From: a virus
Lineage: Duplodnaviria > Caudoviricetes
Strand: one strand, 5' to 3'
IMG/VR virus record: IMGVR_UViG_3300043442_000283
Span: 1 to 37,319 of that record
Length of the DNA stretch: 37,319 nt
Shown: positions 8,896 to 16,581 of the stretch, in pieces
Position numbering within the stretch: the first letter of the stretch is position 1
Layout: each line of letters opens with the position of its first letter
The notes under the pieces: model-generated
The model's database searches: none
The model's input: the letters and a program-made list of their open reading frames with translations, nothing else
What the model was told of the DNA's origin: nothing
Position numbers and translations under genes: made by a program

Positions 8896-9852
8896 ATGAC
8901 GAGCTTGGAAGAATGGCTAACCACAGAACTTGCACGGCACCCGTTCATCGAATGGGACACGCCACGCTGCCACGAGCTAGGTGCGCCAACGTGGAACGGG
9001 AAGCTGCGCACGTTGCAGGACATGCAGCGCACCAAGATCTGCACGACTAAGCACACAGACCCCATGAGTGGCATCGACGTTCGCTGTGCCAACTACGGGC
9101 AATCGTTCACTTCTTGGGACCTCATCGTGTGGCGTGACCACCGTGCGCACGTTGGCAAGAGCGACAGTGCAGGTTGGAGCAGGTGCCCAGAGTGCGACCG
9201 CCGCATTCAGCAAGAGCAGGGTGCATGGGCAGAGCGTCAACAGGAGCTGCACAACTACGCAGCACAAGCACAACGACAACGCACGGAGCAGGCCGCGATC
9301 CCCGAGCGATACGTTGGCAAGACCTTCGCAACGTGGAGCAGCAGCAGCGACGCGCAGAAGCAAGCGTGCGATGCAGCGTGGCACTATGCCGACAAGTTCC
9401 GCACAGCAGCACGCAAGACTGGTCGTTGCATGTTGCTGACGGGCAACATGGGAACAGGCAAGACGCACTTGGCTTGTGCGATAGCGCACGAGCTGTTGAG
9501 CCGTGGAATGAGCGTTGTCTACACGACAGCGATGGAGATGTTGGACAGGTTGCGTGCTACCTACGACACGAAGAACCGCACGGAGACCAAGCACGAAGCG
9601 TTGGAGCAGTTCGCAGAAGCGGACCTGTTGGTGATCGACGAGCTAGGCATGTCGTGGGGAACCGACAGCGAACGTGTCGAACTCTTTGCGATCTTCAATG
9701 CTCGCTACAACACGAAGCGACCAACGCTGATCGCTTGCAACGTTGCGCCAGAACAAGTGCGTGCGATTCTCGGTGAGCGCATATACGACCGCATCACAGA
9801 GCAAGGTTGCGATCTGATTCGCTTCGATTGGGACAGCAGGAGGTCAGCATGA
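8896..9852 (+). CDS. DnaC/IstB-like AAA+ helicase loader
   Basis: CPEC, IPERY..KTF, Walker A GNMGTGKTHLA, Walker B LLVIDELG, RY...PTLI, GERIYDRI. Confidence 0.92.
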   Translation: MTSLEEWLTTELARHPFIEWDTPRCHELGAPTWNGKLRTLQDMQRTKICTTKHTDPMSGIDVRCANYGQSFTSWDLIVWRDHRAHVGKSDSAGWSRCPECDRRIQQEQGAWAERQQELHNYAAQAQRQRTEQAAIPERYVGKTFATWSSSSDAQKQACDAAWHYADKFRTAARKTGRCMLLTGNMGTGKTHLACAIAHELLSRGMSVVYTTAMEMLDRLRATYDTKNRTETKHEALEQFAEADLLVIDELGMSWGTDSERVELFAIFNARYNTKRPTLIACNVAPEQVRAILGERIYDRITEQGCDLIRFDWDSRRSA

Positions 9853-10151
9853 GTTGGGCACGCGCAACCGACCCCAGCACATCGCACGCTGCCGCTGCAT
9901 CGGTGCGTGGCACACCCGACAAGCGTGGTGCGTGCCTGCTGGCACTTGCTACCTGCGGACCCTGCACCGACGAGGAGTTGTTCACCTACTACCTGCGCCA
10001 AGTGCCTGCGCAGGGTTGGCCCATGCAGTCGCCGTCTGGCCTGCGCACCCGTCGCGCTGAACTGGTGCGCGAAGGACTGGTGCGCGACAGCAAGATGCGC
10101 TCGCTAACGGTGGCAGGACGCAGGTCCATCCTGTGGGAAGTGTCGCCGTAA
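9849..10151 (+). CDS. Winged-helix DNA-binding protein (ARxTDPxTSHxAA type)
   Basis: ATGA overlap. MSWARATDPSTSHAAA...TDEEL...SGLRTRRAELVREGLV. Confidence 0.7.
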   Translation: MSWARATDPSTSHAAAASVRGTPDKRGACLLALATCGPCTDEELFTYYLRQVPAQGWPMQSPSGLRTRRAELVREGLVRDSKMRSLTVAGRRSILWEVSP

Positions 10152-10204
10152 CTGACGTAGATGCGTAGGTTTAGACGGCTTCGAAAATATTTGATCACCT
10201 GTGC

Positions 10205-10233
10205 TTTACAACGGGCAGCACCTTCGCCATGCT
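10205..10233 (+). promoter_or_regulatory. Putative early promoter
   Basis: TTTACA-N17-CATGCT, preceded by an AT-rich tract (GAAAATATTTG) and followed by a hairpin at the expected +1. Confidence 0.6.
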
Positions 10234-10239
10234 GATCTG

Positions 10240-10295
10240 GTGCGCCACATGGTGTGGTGCACGCAAGTTGGCACTGCCAACGGAGACTGCAAGTG
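10240..10295 (+). promoter_or_regulatory. Stem-loop plus GGAGAC start element (copy 1)
   Basis: GTGCGCCACA-TGG-TGTGGTGCAC hairpin (10240-10262), then CCAACGGAGACTGCAAGTG. Confidence 0.6.
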
Positions 10296-10589
10296 ATCAA
10301 GACGAAGCAAGCTAGCAAGGCACCCAAGCACCAGTGGCTTGGCGTGGTGTTCTACCTCGGGGCGATGATCTGGGCGCACGGCGCGACGCAGGACGAGGCT
10401 GCGGTGGCATGTGCCAAGCGTGCGCAGCGTGACCTGCGCCCCTACCTGAAGCGTGGCGCGAAGCCTGTGTGGCTCGTGAACCTCTACGAAGTGCACGACC
10501 AGGACTGGTCGTATGACCAGGACACGGGCATCACGCTGGCCGATGGCACGCGTGCACAGGTCGAAGCCAAGATGGGACTGCAAGCGTGA
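10293..10589 (+). CDS. Hypothetical early protein
   Basis: GGAGAC RBS and GTG at 10293, in frame with track ORF 10254..10589. Confidence 0.65.
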   Translation: MIKTKQASKAPKHQWLGVVFYLGAMIWAHGATQDEAAVACAKRAQRDLRPYLKRGAKPVWLVNLYEVHDQDWSYDQDTGITLADGTRAQVEAKMGLQA

Positions 10590-10597
10590 ACCACTGC

Positions 10598-10651
10598 GCC
10601 CCGCCTTCGGGCGGGGCCAACCCAACCAACACGGAGACCACCATGACGAAC
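10598..10651 (+). promoter_or_regulatory. cUUCGg hairpin plus GGAGAC...ATGACGAAC start element (copy 2)
   Basis: GCCCCGCC-TTCG-GGCGGGGC (10598-10617), then CCAACCAACACGGAGACCACCATGACGAAC. Confidence 0.75.
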
Positions 10652-10954
10652 ATGAGCTACTGCCGATTCCAGAACACGCTGCAAGACCTGCTCGACTGCA
10701 AGGACCAGTTGGAGCTGCTGCTGTGCGGTGACCCCGAGGTCACGCGCATCGACTGCAAGGACGAACGTCGTGCACGCATTCGGCTTGTCGAGACCTGCTT
10801 TGAGCTGGTCGAGTTGTTCACCAGTGCTGGCATCGACCCCGACGTTGCGGACCTGCAACGTCCCATCGAGCGAGTGGTGCAGGAGAACGAGGACGCGGTG
10901 GAAGCCTTTGCCGAGGAGGATCAAGCCTACTTCGACAAGGAGGACAACGCATGA
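10643..10954 (+). CDS. Acidic hypothetical protein with MSYCRF(Q/E)NT N-terminal motif
   Basis: 103 aa from ATG 10643. About 26 D/E against about 11 K/R. Confidence 0.75.
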   Translation: MTNMSYCRFQNTLQDLLDCKDQLELLLCGDPEVTRIDCKDERRARIRLVETCFELVELFTSAGIDPDVADLQRPIERVVQENEDAVEAFAEEDQAYFDKEDNA

Positions 10955-11211
10955 AGGCCCAACGCGTGTGGGTGCAGTGCATGGGCGGCAGCAGCTACTC
11001 GTGCGACTACGCAGAGCACAGCCAAGCCTTCGCCTCGGTAGCCGAGGCCAAGCGGCACGCGATGCAGTTCTGGCGGGTGCAGCCTTGCAGCCAGGATGTG
11101 ACCTTCTGGGTCTACATGTCGAACCCGTTGCACGACCGCAGCGGGCGAGACTACCCCGACCAAGTGTGGAGCCGCACGCGCACTGGTGGCGTGCGAGTGG
11201 AGGCAGCATGA
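10951..11211 (+). CDS. Hypothetical early protein
   Basis: GGAGG RBS, ATGA overlaps at both ends. Confidence 0.7.
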   Translation: MKAQRVWVQCMGGSSYSCDYAEHSQAFASVAEAKRHAMQFWRVQPCSQDVTFWVYMSNPLHDRSGRDYPDQVWSRTRTGGVRVEAA

Positions 11212-11417
11212 GCAGCCTGCCTGGATCGCGCCGCGAAGGCGAGACCCTGCGTGAATGGGTCGTGCGTTGTTGGCGGTTGGGTTGGGTGCCTGCTAACGGT
11301 GGCACCGAGCAGCCGATGCTGCGGCACGGGAGGCGCGTGCTGTATTGCGTTGACCTACAACGCGGCGTTCACGCCTACATCAACTGCGACACGGACATGG
11401 TGGAGGAGAACGTCTGA
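11208..11417 (+). CDS. Hypothetical early protein (WVPANGGTE...LYC...HAYINCDTD)
   Basis: GGAGG RBS and ATG 11208 in frame with track ORF 10728..11417. TGATG overlap with the next gene. Confidence 0.65.
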   Translation: MSSLPGSRREGETLREWVVRCWRLGWVPANGGTEQPMLRHGRRVLYCVDLQRGVHAYINCDTDMVEENV

Positions 11418-11839
11418 TGCAGACATTCCTTCCCTACGCCGACTTCCGCGCATCTGTCCGATGCCTGGACTACCGCAGGCTAGGCAAGCAGCGTGTGGAA
11501 GCCATGCAGCTCGTCCAGGCGATCCAAACCAACGGCACTTGGCTCAAGCATCCTGCTGCACAGATGTGGAAGAACCACGTGCCTGCGCTGCAGTTTTACC
11601 ATGACTGTGCGGTCGTGGAGTGGATTCGTCGTGGCTACCGTAACTCCATGACCCTGTATCTACCCACGGAAGTCGAGATGCCCTCTTGGATCGGCATGGA
11701 GACGTTTCATGCCAGCCACCGCAGCAACCTGCTCCGGAAGGACCCAGACTTCTACGGGCAGTTTGGATGGGTCGAACCCAACAACCTGCCCTACGTGTGG
11801 CCCAGCCACGAACGCAAACCCATGTTGGTCAATGCGTAG
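11417..11839 (+). CDS. MSMEG_6728-family / pyrimidine dimer DNA glycosylase (DenV-like)
   Basis: MQTFLPY.DF...LD.RRLGKQRVEA, HPA..MW, W..RGY, P.W.G...HASHRSNLLRKDP..Y, LPYVWP. Confidence 0.85.
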   Translation: MQTFLPYADFRASVRCLDYRRLGKQRVEAMQLVQAIQTNGTWLKHPAAQMWKNHVPALQFYHDCAVVEWIRRGYRNSMTLYLPTEVEMPSWIGMETFHASHRSNLLRKDPDFYGQFGWVEPNNLPYVWPSHERKPMLVNA

Positions 11840-11869
11840 GACAGGCGGCAACTTTTGTCCACATTTTGT

Positions 11870-11897
11870 TTTACTTGCCCACAGCTACCCGTAGCCT
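11870..11897 (+). promoter_or_regulatory. Putative early promoter
   Basis: TTTACT-N16-TAGCCT downstream of a T-rich tract in the intergenic gap. Confidence 0.45.
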
Positions 11898-11959
11898 GTG
11901 TTCCCGTGGTAGCTGACCTTCCAAACCTGACCAAGCAAGCCAGCCATGGGCTGGAGGAG

Positions 11960-12262
11960 ATGACGATGTCCGACGACCTGTTCAAGCAGCTGCATCAGCT
12001 GGAGCAATACGCGTTCTACGCATGCATCGGTGCCAAGCACGCAGCACAGTCTGCCTTCTACTGGATGGCAGAAGGCAACCGCAGTGATGCTGCCGAACGT
12101 GCCGAACACGCCAACCGCATGGCGAAGCGTTGCATCGCCACCCATCAACAGGTGGTGGCGTTGACGAGCGACCCGAAGTGCCGCGCAGCACGCGACTGCA
12201 AGAAGCTGGCTCGCAAGGCACGCCTGCACGCGATGACCGCTGCGCTGGAGGTGGCACTGTGA
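11960..12262 (+). CDS. Hypothetical helical Ala-rich protein (start 11960 or 11966)
   Basis: GGAGGAG RBS after a CCAGCC-ATG-GGCTGG hairpin. Confidence 0.65.
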   Translation: MTMSDDLFKQLHQLEQYAFYACIGAKHAAQSAFYWMAEGNRSDAAERAEHANRMAKRCIATHQQVVALTSDPKCRAARDCKKLARKARLHAMTAALEVAL

Positions 12263-12531
12263 CACGTTCCTACGACCACGCGATGCAGTCGGGCTTTGGT
12301 GGAGCATGGAGGTTCCACGCATGCCCAGAGTGCAACGGCAGTAACCAGCAAAGCAACATGGTCAGCGGCATCGTGAACTGGTGGTTCGCTGATGCAGAGG
12401 ACGACATGTGTTCCATGTGCCGTGCCGAACATGAGGCACAGGAATGGCACTACCACGAGCAGCGTTTGGTTGCCGACGAACCGCAACCAGAACCTGAGGC
12501 CCCGATCAACTACGACGATATTCCGTTTTGA
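12259..12531 (+). CDS. Zn-finger-like protein with SSB-like acidic C-terminal tail
   Basis: GGAGG RBS and GTGA overlap. CPEC...CSMC. Ends EPQPEPEAPINYDDIPF. Confidence 0.7.
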   Translation: MTRSYDHAMQSGFGGAWRFHACPECNGSNQQSNMVSGIVNWWFADAEDDMCSMCRAEHEAQEWHYHEQRLVADEPQPEPEAPINYDDIPF

Positions 12532-12538
12532 TGACCAC

Positions 12539-12587
12539 GGTGCCCCATGGTGGGGCACCACAACTAGGAGACTGACAGATGACGAAC
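12539..12587 (+). promoter_or_regulatory. Stem-loop plus GGAGAC...ATGACGAAC start element (copy 3)
   Basis: GGTGCCCCA-TGG-TGGGGCACC (12539-12559), then ACAACTAGGAGACTGACAGATGACGAAC. AGGAGACTGACAGATGACGA is identical to the sequence around the DnaC-like start at 8896. Confidence 0.7.
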
Positions 12588-13661
12588 TCGATGATGCTGA
12601 ACGCCCAGTGGGCGACCCGTCCGAATGACCAGCGGTTCCTCACCCTTGAGGACCTGCACACGGCAACCTTGGCCCGCAAGGATGCTAGTTTCACGCAGCA
12701 GGTGCGGCTTGCTGACATGCGAGCCTTGCCGCTGGAGGACAACCGACTGGCGTTGTCGTGGAACAACTACGGCGAGATCGCTCAAGCCGAGCCGACGCAC
12801 TGGTCGTTCAACCAGATTGCCAACGTGACCGGATCCCCCGCAGCATGGATGCGCCGCATCCCATCCGCACTCGCCGCGATCAACCTACAGTATGGGTTGG
12901 AGAACCTGTCGAGCCGCGAGGATGGGCTGCTGTTGGTGGACGAGCGCGACATGGGCATCCGAGCCTTGACCTCCACGACGTATGGACGCGTGTGGGATCA
13001 CGAACTGGTGGAGGCCGTGATGGCAGTGAACGAGGCCCACGGCGGTCGCTGGAAGATCCCTACCGCCAGCTACGCAACGCAGAACCCGAAGCGTGCAACG
13101 ACGCTCTACGCATCCGACCGTGACGTGTGGATGTTCCTGGTGGATGACCAGCATCCCATCGAGGTGGACGGCGAGACGCTGTTCCGTGGGTTCGCTGCCA
13201 GCAACAGCGAGGTCGGTGGCGGGACCGTCTACCTCACGACGTTCCTCTACCGCTACATCTGCGACAACCGCATCATCTGGGGCATGACTGACCAGAAGGA
13301 GATCAACATCAAGCACACTCGCAACGCGCCCGAGAGGTTCCGGTCGGAGGTTGGACCTGCGCTGCTTGCCTACAGCAACGCCAGTGACAGTGGCGTGGTG
13401 CAGATGATCCGCGCTGCGAAGAACGAAGTCATCAGTGCGCAGAGCGACACCGAGGAGGTGAGCAACTGGCTGCGTGCGCGTGGTTTCACTGCAGCCATGG
13501 CGAAGTCGGTGCAGACTGCAGCACGCGCTGAAGAGGGCGAGGTCCGCACTGTGTGGGACATCGTGCAAGGTGTGACTGCACACGCACGTTCCATCGAACA
13601 CCAGGACGAGCGCATCGAACTGGAGCTGCGTGCAACCAAGTTGCTGTCGGCTTTGAACTAA
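12579..13661 (+). CDS. DUF932-like phage/plasmid protein
   Basis: QWATRP.DQRF..L, PTHWSF.Q, RALTS..YGRVWD.ELV, TTLYASDRDV..FLVD, NSEVGG, R.ICDNRIIWG. Confidence 0.8.
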   Translation: MTNSMMLNAQWATRPNDQRFLTLEDLHTATLARKDASFTQQVRLADMRALPLEDNRLALSWNNYGEIAQAEPTHWSFNQIANVTGSPAAWMRRIPSALAAINLQYGLENLSSREDGLLLVDERDMGIRALTSTTYGRVWDHELVEAVMAVNEAHGGRWKIPTASYATQNPKRATTLYASDRDVWMFLVDDQHPIEVDGETLFRGFAASNSEVGGGTVYLTTFLYRYICDNRIIWGMTDQKEINIKHTRNAPERFRSEVGPALLAYSNASDSGVVQMIRAAKNEVISAQSDTEEVSNWLRARGFTAAMAKSVQTAARAEEGEVRTVWDIVQGVTAHARSIEHQDERIELELRATKLLSALN

Positions 13662-13670
13662 CCAACCAAC

Positions 13671-13718
13671 GCCCGCCTTCGGGCGGGCACCACCAACAAG
13701 GAGACCGCGATGACGAAC
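13671..13718 (+). promoter_or_regulatory. cUUCGg hairpin plus GGAGAC...ATGACGAAC start element (copy 4)
   Basis: GCCCGCC-TTCG-GGCGGGC (13671-13688), then ACCACCAACAAGGAGACCGCGATGACGAAC. Near-copy of 10598-10651. Confidence 0.75.
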
Positions 13719-13940
13719 GTTACGAACGAAGAACAGCAGGTGCGCATCAGGCTCACCGACGAGTTGAAGATCTGGGCTGTAAGCCACGGAGCCGATCTGG
13801 CGAAGTTGTGGGGCGCGCCCTTGGACATCTACCGCGATCTGCTGCAGTCTGAGATCAAGATGTATGAAGCCGCAAGGGAGCAGCGCGTCGCCATGGACGC
13901 TCTCAGCAACTGGCTCAAGAGCCAAGTGGTGCAGGCATGA
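13710..13940 (+). CDS. Hypothetical protein
   Basis: 76 aa, strong RBS. Confidence 0.7.
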   Translation: MTNVTNEEQQVRIRLTDELKIWAVSHGADLAKLWGAPLDIYRDLLQSEIKMYEAAREQRVAMDALSNWLKSQVVQA

Positions 13941-14068
13941 ACGGCTTGCAAGGCGGACAAGGCCGTGACGCGCAGGAGCTGCTCGACACTGCGCACGGCA
14001 TGTGGATTCTGCTGCTGTTGCTGGGTGCAGCAGCGGCAGTGGCTTGGCTCGTCACGGAGGTGATGTGA
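13937..14068 (+). CDS. 43-aa single-pass membrane protein (not in ORF track)
   Basis: MNGLQGGQGRDAQELLDTAHGMWILLLLLGAAAAVAWLVTEVM. ATGA overlap upstream and TGATG overlap downstream fill the gap exactly. Confidence 0.7.
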   Translation: MNGLQGGQGRDAQELLDTAHGMWILLLLLGAAAAVAWLVTEVM

Positions 14069-14853
14069 TGGCCCACTGGTATTCAGCAGACGGAACGCGG
14101 GTCGATGTAGTGGTTGGGTCGAAAGGCCAACCAGTTGCACCGGACCTGCGGCACGCTCGCAAGAACAACCTTGCCTGCGGCGTGACCACGATCATCAAGT
14201 GCGCTGCTGCCGAGGCCTTGGTGGTCTACCGGGAGAGGCAAGTGCTGATGGCTGCGCTAACGCTACCGCGCAGCGAGCAGGAGAGTGACGAGGACTACTG
14301 CGCTCGCGTGATGCGCGACAGCAAGCAGCACGCCGAGGAAGCTGCGCTTGCTGGCACTGCGCTACATGCTGAGATCGAGCATGGCATCAACGACCCTGCT
14401 AACGACAACGCATGGGTGCAGGCTGCACGCGCTGCACTGGTTGCCCAATACGGGCAGCGGGAGTGGTTCACAGAGCACAGTGCGGTGAGCTGCTACGGGT
14501 TCGCAACCAAGAGCGACCTGTGTTCGCCGCCAACCGTTGGCAACAACGGTGCGCACAGGCCAGTCGTGGTCGATATCAAATCGAAGGACGGGCCTTTGGA
14601 TGAGCTAAAGACCTACGACGAGCACCACATGCAGCTCGCAGCTACTGCACAGGCACTGGGCTGGAGCGTGGATCGACAGTGCGCGATCCTGTTCCTTCGA
14701 CGTGACCAACCCGAGGCAAGGTTGGTGATTGTGGAGCACGAGAAGCTGCAACGCGGTTGGCAGATGTTCGGTTGCCTACTGCGGTTCTGGCAGCATAAGA
14801 ACAACTACAAGCCCGCGTGGGCACAGGACATTCCCTACTGGAGTCTGCAATGA
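14068..14853 (+). CDS. PD-(D/E)XK exonuclease (recombination)
   Basis: HWY N-terminus, GVTTII, GTALHAEIE, E..., KSDL, VVDIKSK, YDEHHMQLAA. Adjacent to ERF. Confidence 0.8.
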   Translation: MAHWYSADGTRVDVVVGSKGQPVAPDLRHARKNNLACGVTTIIKCAAAEALVVYRERQVLMAALTLPRSEQESDEDYCARVMRDSKQHAEEAALAGTALHAEIEHGINDPANDNAWVQAARAALVAQYGQREWFTEHSAVSCYGFATKSDLCSPPTVGNNGAHRPVVVDIKSKDGPLDELKTYDEHHMQLAATAQALGWSVDRQCAILFLRRDQPEARLVIVEHEKLQRGWQMFGCLLRFWQHKNNYKPAWAQDIPYWSLQ

Positions 14854-15476
14854 CCAAGAATCTGATGACTGCGTTGTGTGCGGCGATGGGCGAGATGCGT
14901 GACCCTGTCAAGCGATCGCAGAACCCGCACTTCCGTTCCCGGTTTGCCGACCTGAGCGAAGTGCTCGACTGCATCGAGGGACCGCTGCACAAGCACGGAC
15001 TCGTGTTCGTGCAGTTGCTGCGGCCCGACAGCGGCGGGAACCTGTTGCTGCACTCGCAGGTGCACCACGCAGCTAGCGGCGAAGTGCTGGAGGCGATTGC
15101 ACCAATCGTGGCGGAGAAGGCAGGCCCGCAGGCTCTTGGCTCAGCGATCAGCTACATGCGCAGGTATTCTGCCAAGGCTATGTTCTCGCTCGCAGACGCT
15201 GACGAGGACGATGACGCAGAGCGTGCTACGATGCGCACACAACCGCCACCCAAGGCTGCACCCGTGGTGCGTGCTGCACCAGCACCTGCCGAGAGTGCAC
15301 CGAAGCCCAAGGCACCAAAGCCACGCGTTGAGGATGGAATGCAGCAGCTAGCAGAGTGCCAGACTGTTGCGGCACTGAACGCAACCGCTGCCAAGTTCCA
15401 GAACGCAGGCTACACACCGGAGCAGCTCGACGAACTGCGCGGTGCGTTCATGGCACGCAGGGAGGCACTGGAATGA
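14850..15476 (+). CDS. erf: ERF-family single-strand annealing protein
   Basis: NPHFRSRFADL, PQALGSAISYMRRYS, DDDAE. Confidence 0.88.
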   Translation: MTKNLMTALCAAMGEMRDPVKRSQNPHFRSRFADLSEVLDCIEGPLHKHGLVFVQLLRPDSGGNLLLHSQVHHAASGEVLEAIAPIVAEKAGPQALGSAISYMRRYSAKAMFSLADADEDDDAERATMRTQPPPKAAPVVRAAPAPAESAPKPKAPKPRVEDGMQQLAECQTVAALNATAAKFQNAGYTPEQLDELRGAFMARREALE

Positions 15477-15694
15477 CCGTGCAAGCCATTCGCAATCTGG
15501 AGGACCTGCCTCCCATCGTGACGATTGCCGAAGCTGCACACGTTGCAAGGTGCAGCGCATCGACCATTCGGCGTGCTATCCGCACAGGCCTCATCAAGTC
15601 GAGCCGAGCGTTTGCAACAGGTGCATCGCCGCACAGGATTCTGCGCGAGGACCTCATCGCATGGCTCAACACTGGTGCACAGGTGCAGCCGTGA
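15473..15694 (+). CDS. HTH_17 / excisionase-like DNA-binding protein
   Basis: VTIAEAAHVARCSASTIRRAIRTG...HRILREDLIAWL. GGAGG RBS. Confidence 0.8.
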   Translation: MTVQAIRNLEDLPPIVTIAEAAHVARCSASTIRRAIRTGLIKSSRAFATGASPHRILREDLIAWLNTGAQVQP

Positions 15695-15951
15695 ACGACG
15701 CTACGGCAGACACCATCGCGCAGCTCATTCGGCAGATCGAAGTGCTGCGCAGTGCGCTAACTGGTCGCACCATGTCGTGCGAGTGGTGCAACAGCACAGC
15801 GAAGCAACTAGCGCAAGCCGAAGCCGAAGCTGGTCTGCTGCGTGCTGCAATCGTCGAGTTCGTCAAGTGGGACAGCAACGGGCAGCAGACGCGTCGCTGG
15901 GTCGATGCAAAGAACCGCTTGCACAATCTGGCGAACAACGCACAGCCGTGA
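15691..15951 (+). CDS. Hypothetical protein (CxxC plus coiled coil)
   Basis: GTGA overlap. SCEWC motif. Confidence 0.6.
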   Translation: MNDATADTIAQLIRQIEVLRSALTGRTMSCEWCNSTAKQLAQAEAEAGLLRAAIVEFVKWDSNGQQTRRWVDAKNRLHNLANNAQP

Positions 15952-16124
15952 AGCCAACCGACGAACAACTGCGCATGTTGCGCGACACCTACCAGCACTG
16001 CCGCAAGTGGGCAACTGCTGGTCAGGTGGGCCAGAACGCAATCACACTGCTAGCTGCACTCGACGAACTGCTCGATCGCCGTGCAGCAGATGCAAAGGAG
16101 AAGCAACCAACGTCGCATGACTAA
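15948..16124 (+). CDS. Hypothetical protein
   Basis: GTGA overlap. MKPTDEQLRMLR..., 58 aa. Confidence 0.55.
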   Translation: MKPTDEQLRMLRDTYQHCRKWATAGQVGQNAITLLAALDELLDRRAADAKEKQPTSHD

Positions 16125-16575
16125 GCCACAGAAGCTGGTAGACACTTGGGTCGAGGGCGAGCCGAAAGCGCAACCTCGGCCCAGAGCCTTTTCTAGGGGA
16201 GGAAAGATCCGACTATGGGACCCAGGCACTGCCGACCCGTGGAAGGCACTAGTTGCGCACGAGCTGCGCCCCTATCGCCCCGAGCAACCAATCGACTCAC
16301 CTGTGCTGCTGGTGGTCGAGTTCCACTTGCCCAGGCCACAGAGGCTGATGCGTGCCAAAGACCAGGACGAGCCTGTGTCGTGCACAAGCAAGCCCGACAT
16401 CGACAACTTGCTGAAGGCTATCATGGACGCTCTCACGGACGATGGCTGGTGGATTGACGATGCGGTGGTTGTTGCCACCAGTGCGTCAAAGATGTTCCAT
16501 GCCAAGCACAGCGGGCCAGGAGCAGCGATTAGCATCTACCAACTCGACGAAGAGTTGCGCATCCACTTCGAATAG
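16117..16575 (+). CDS. rusA: RusA-family Holliday junction resolvase
   Basis: GEPKAQPRPR, KPDIDNLLKAIMDALT, W.DDAVV. Confidence 0.92.
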   Translation: MTKPQKLVDTWVEGEPKAQPRPRAFSRGGKIRLWDPGTADPWKALVAHELRPYRPEQPIDSPVLLVVEFHLPRPQRLMRAKDQDEPVSCTSKPDIDNLLKAIMDALTDDGWWIDDAVVVATSASKMFHAKHSGPGAAISIYQLDEELRIHFE

Positions 16576-16581
16576 ACACAC

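Noticed and set aside
10598-13718. CRISPR-like array or standard terminators from the repeated hairpins
   Set aside because: Copies are kilobases apart, separated by genes, and lack U tracts. They are better explained as start-associated elements.
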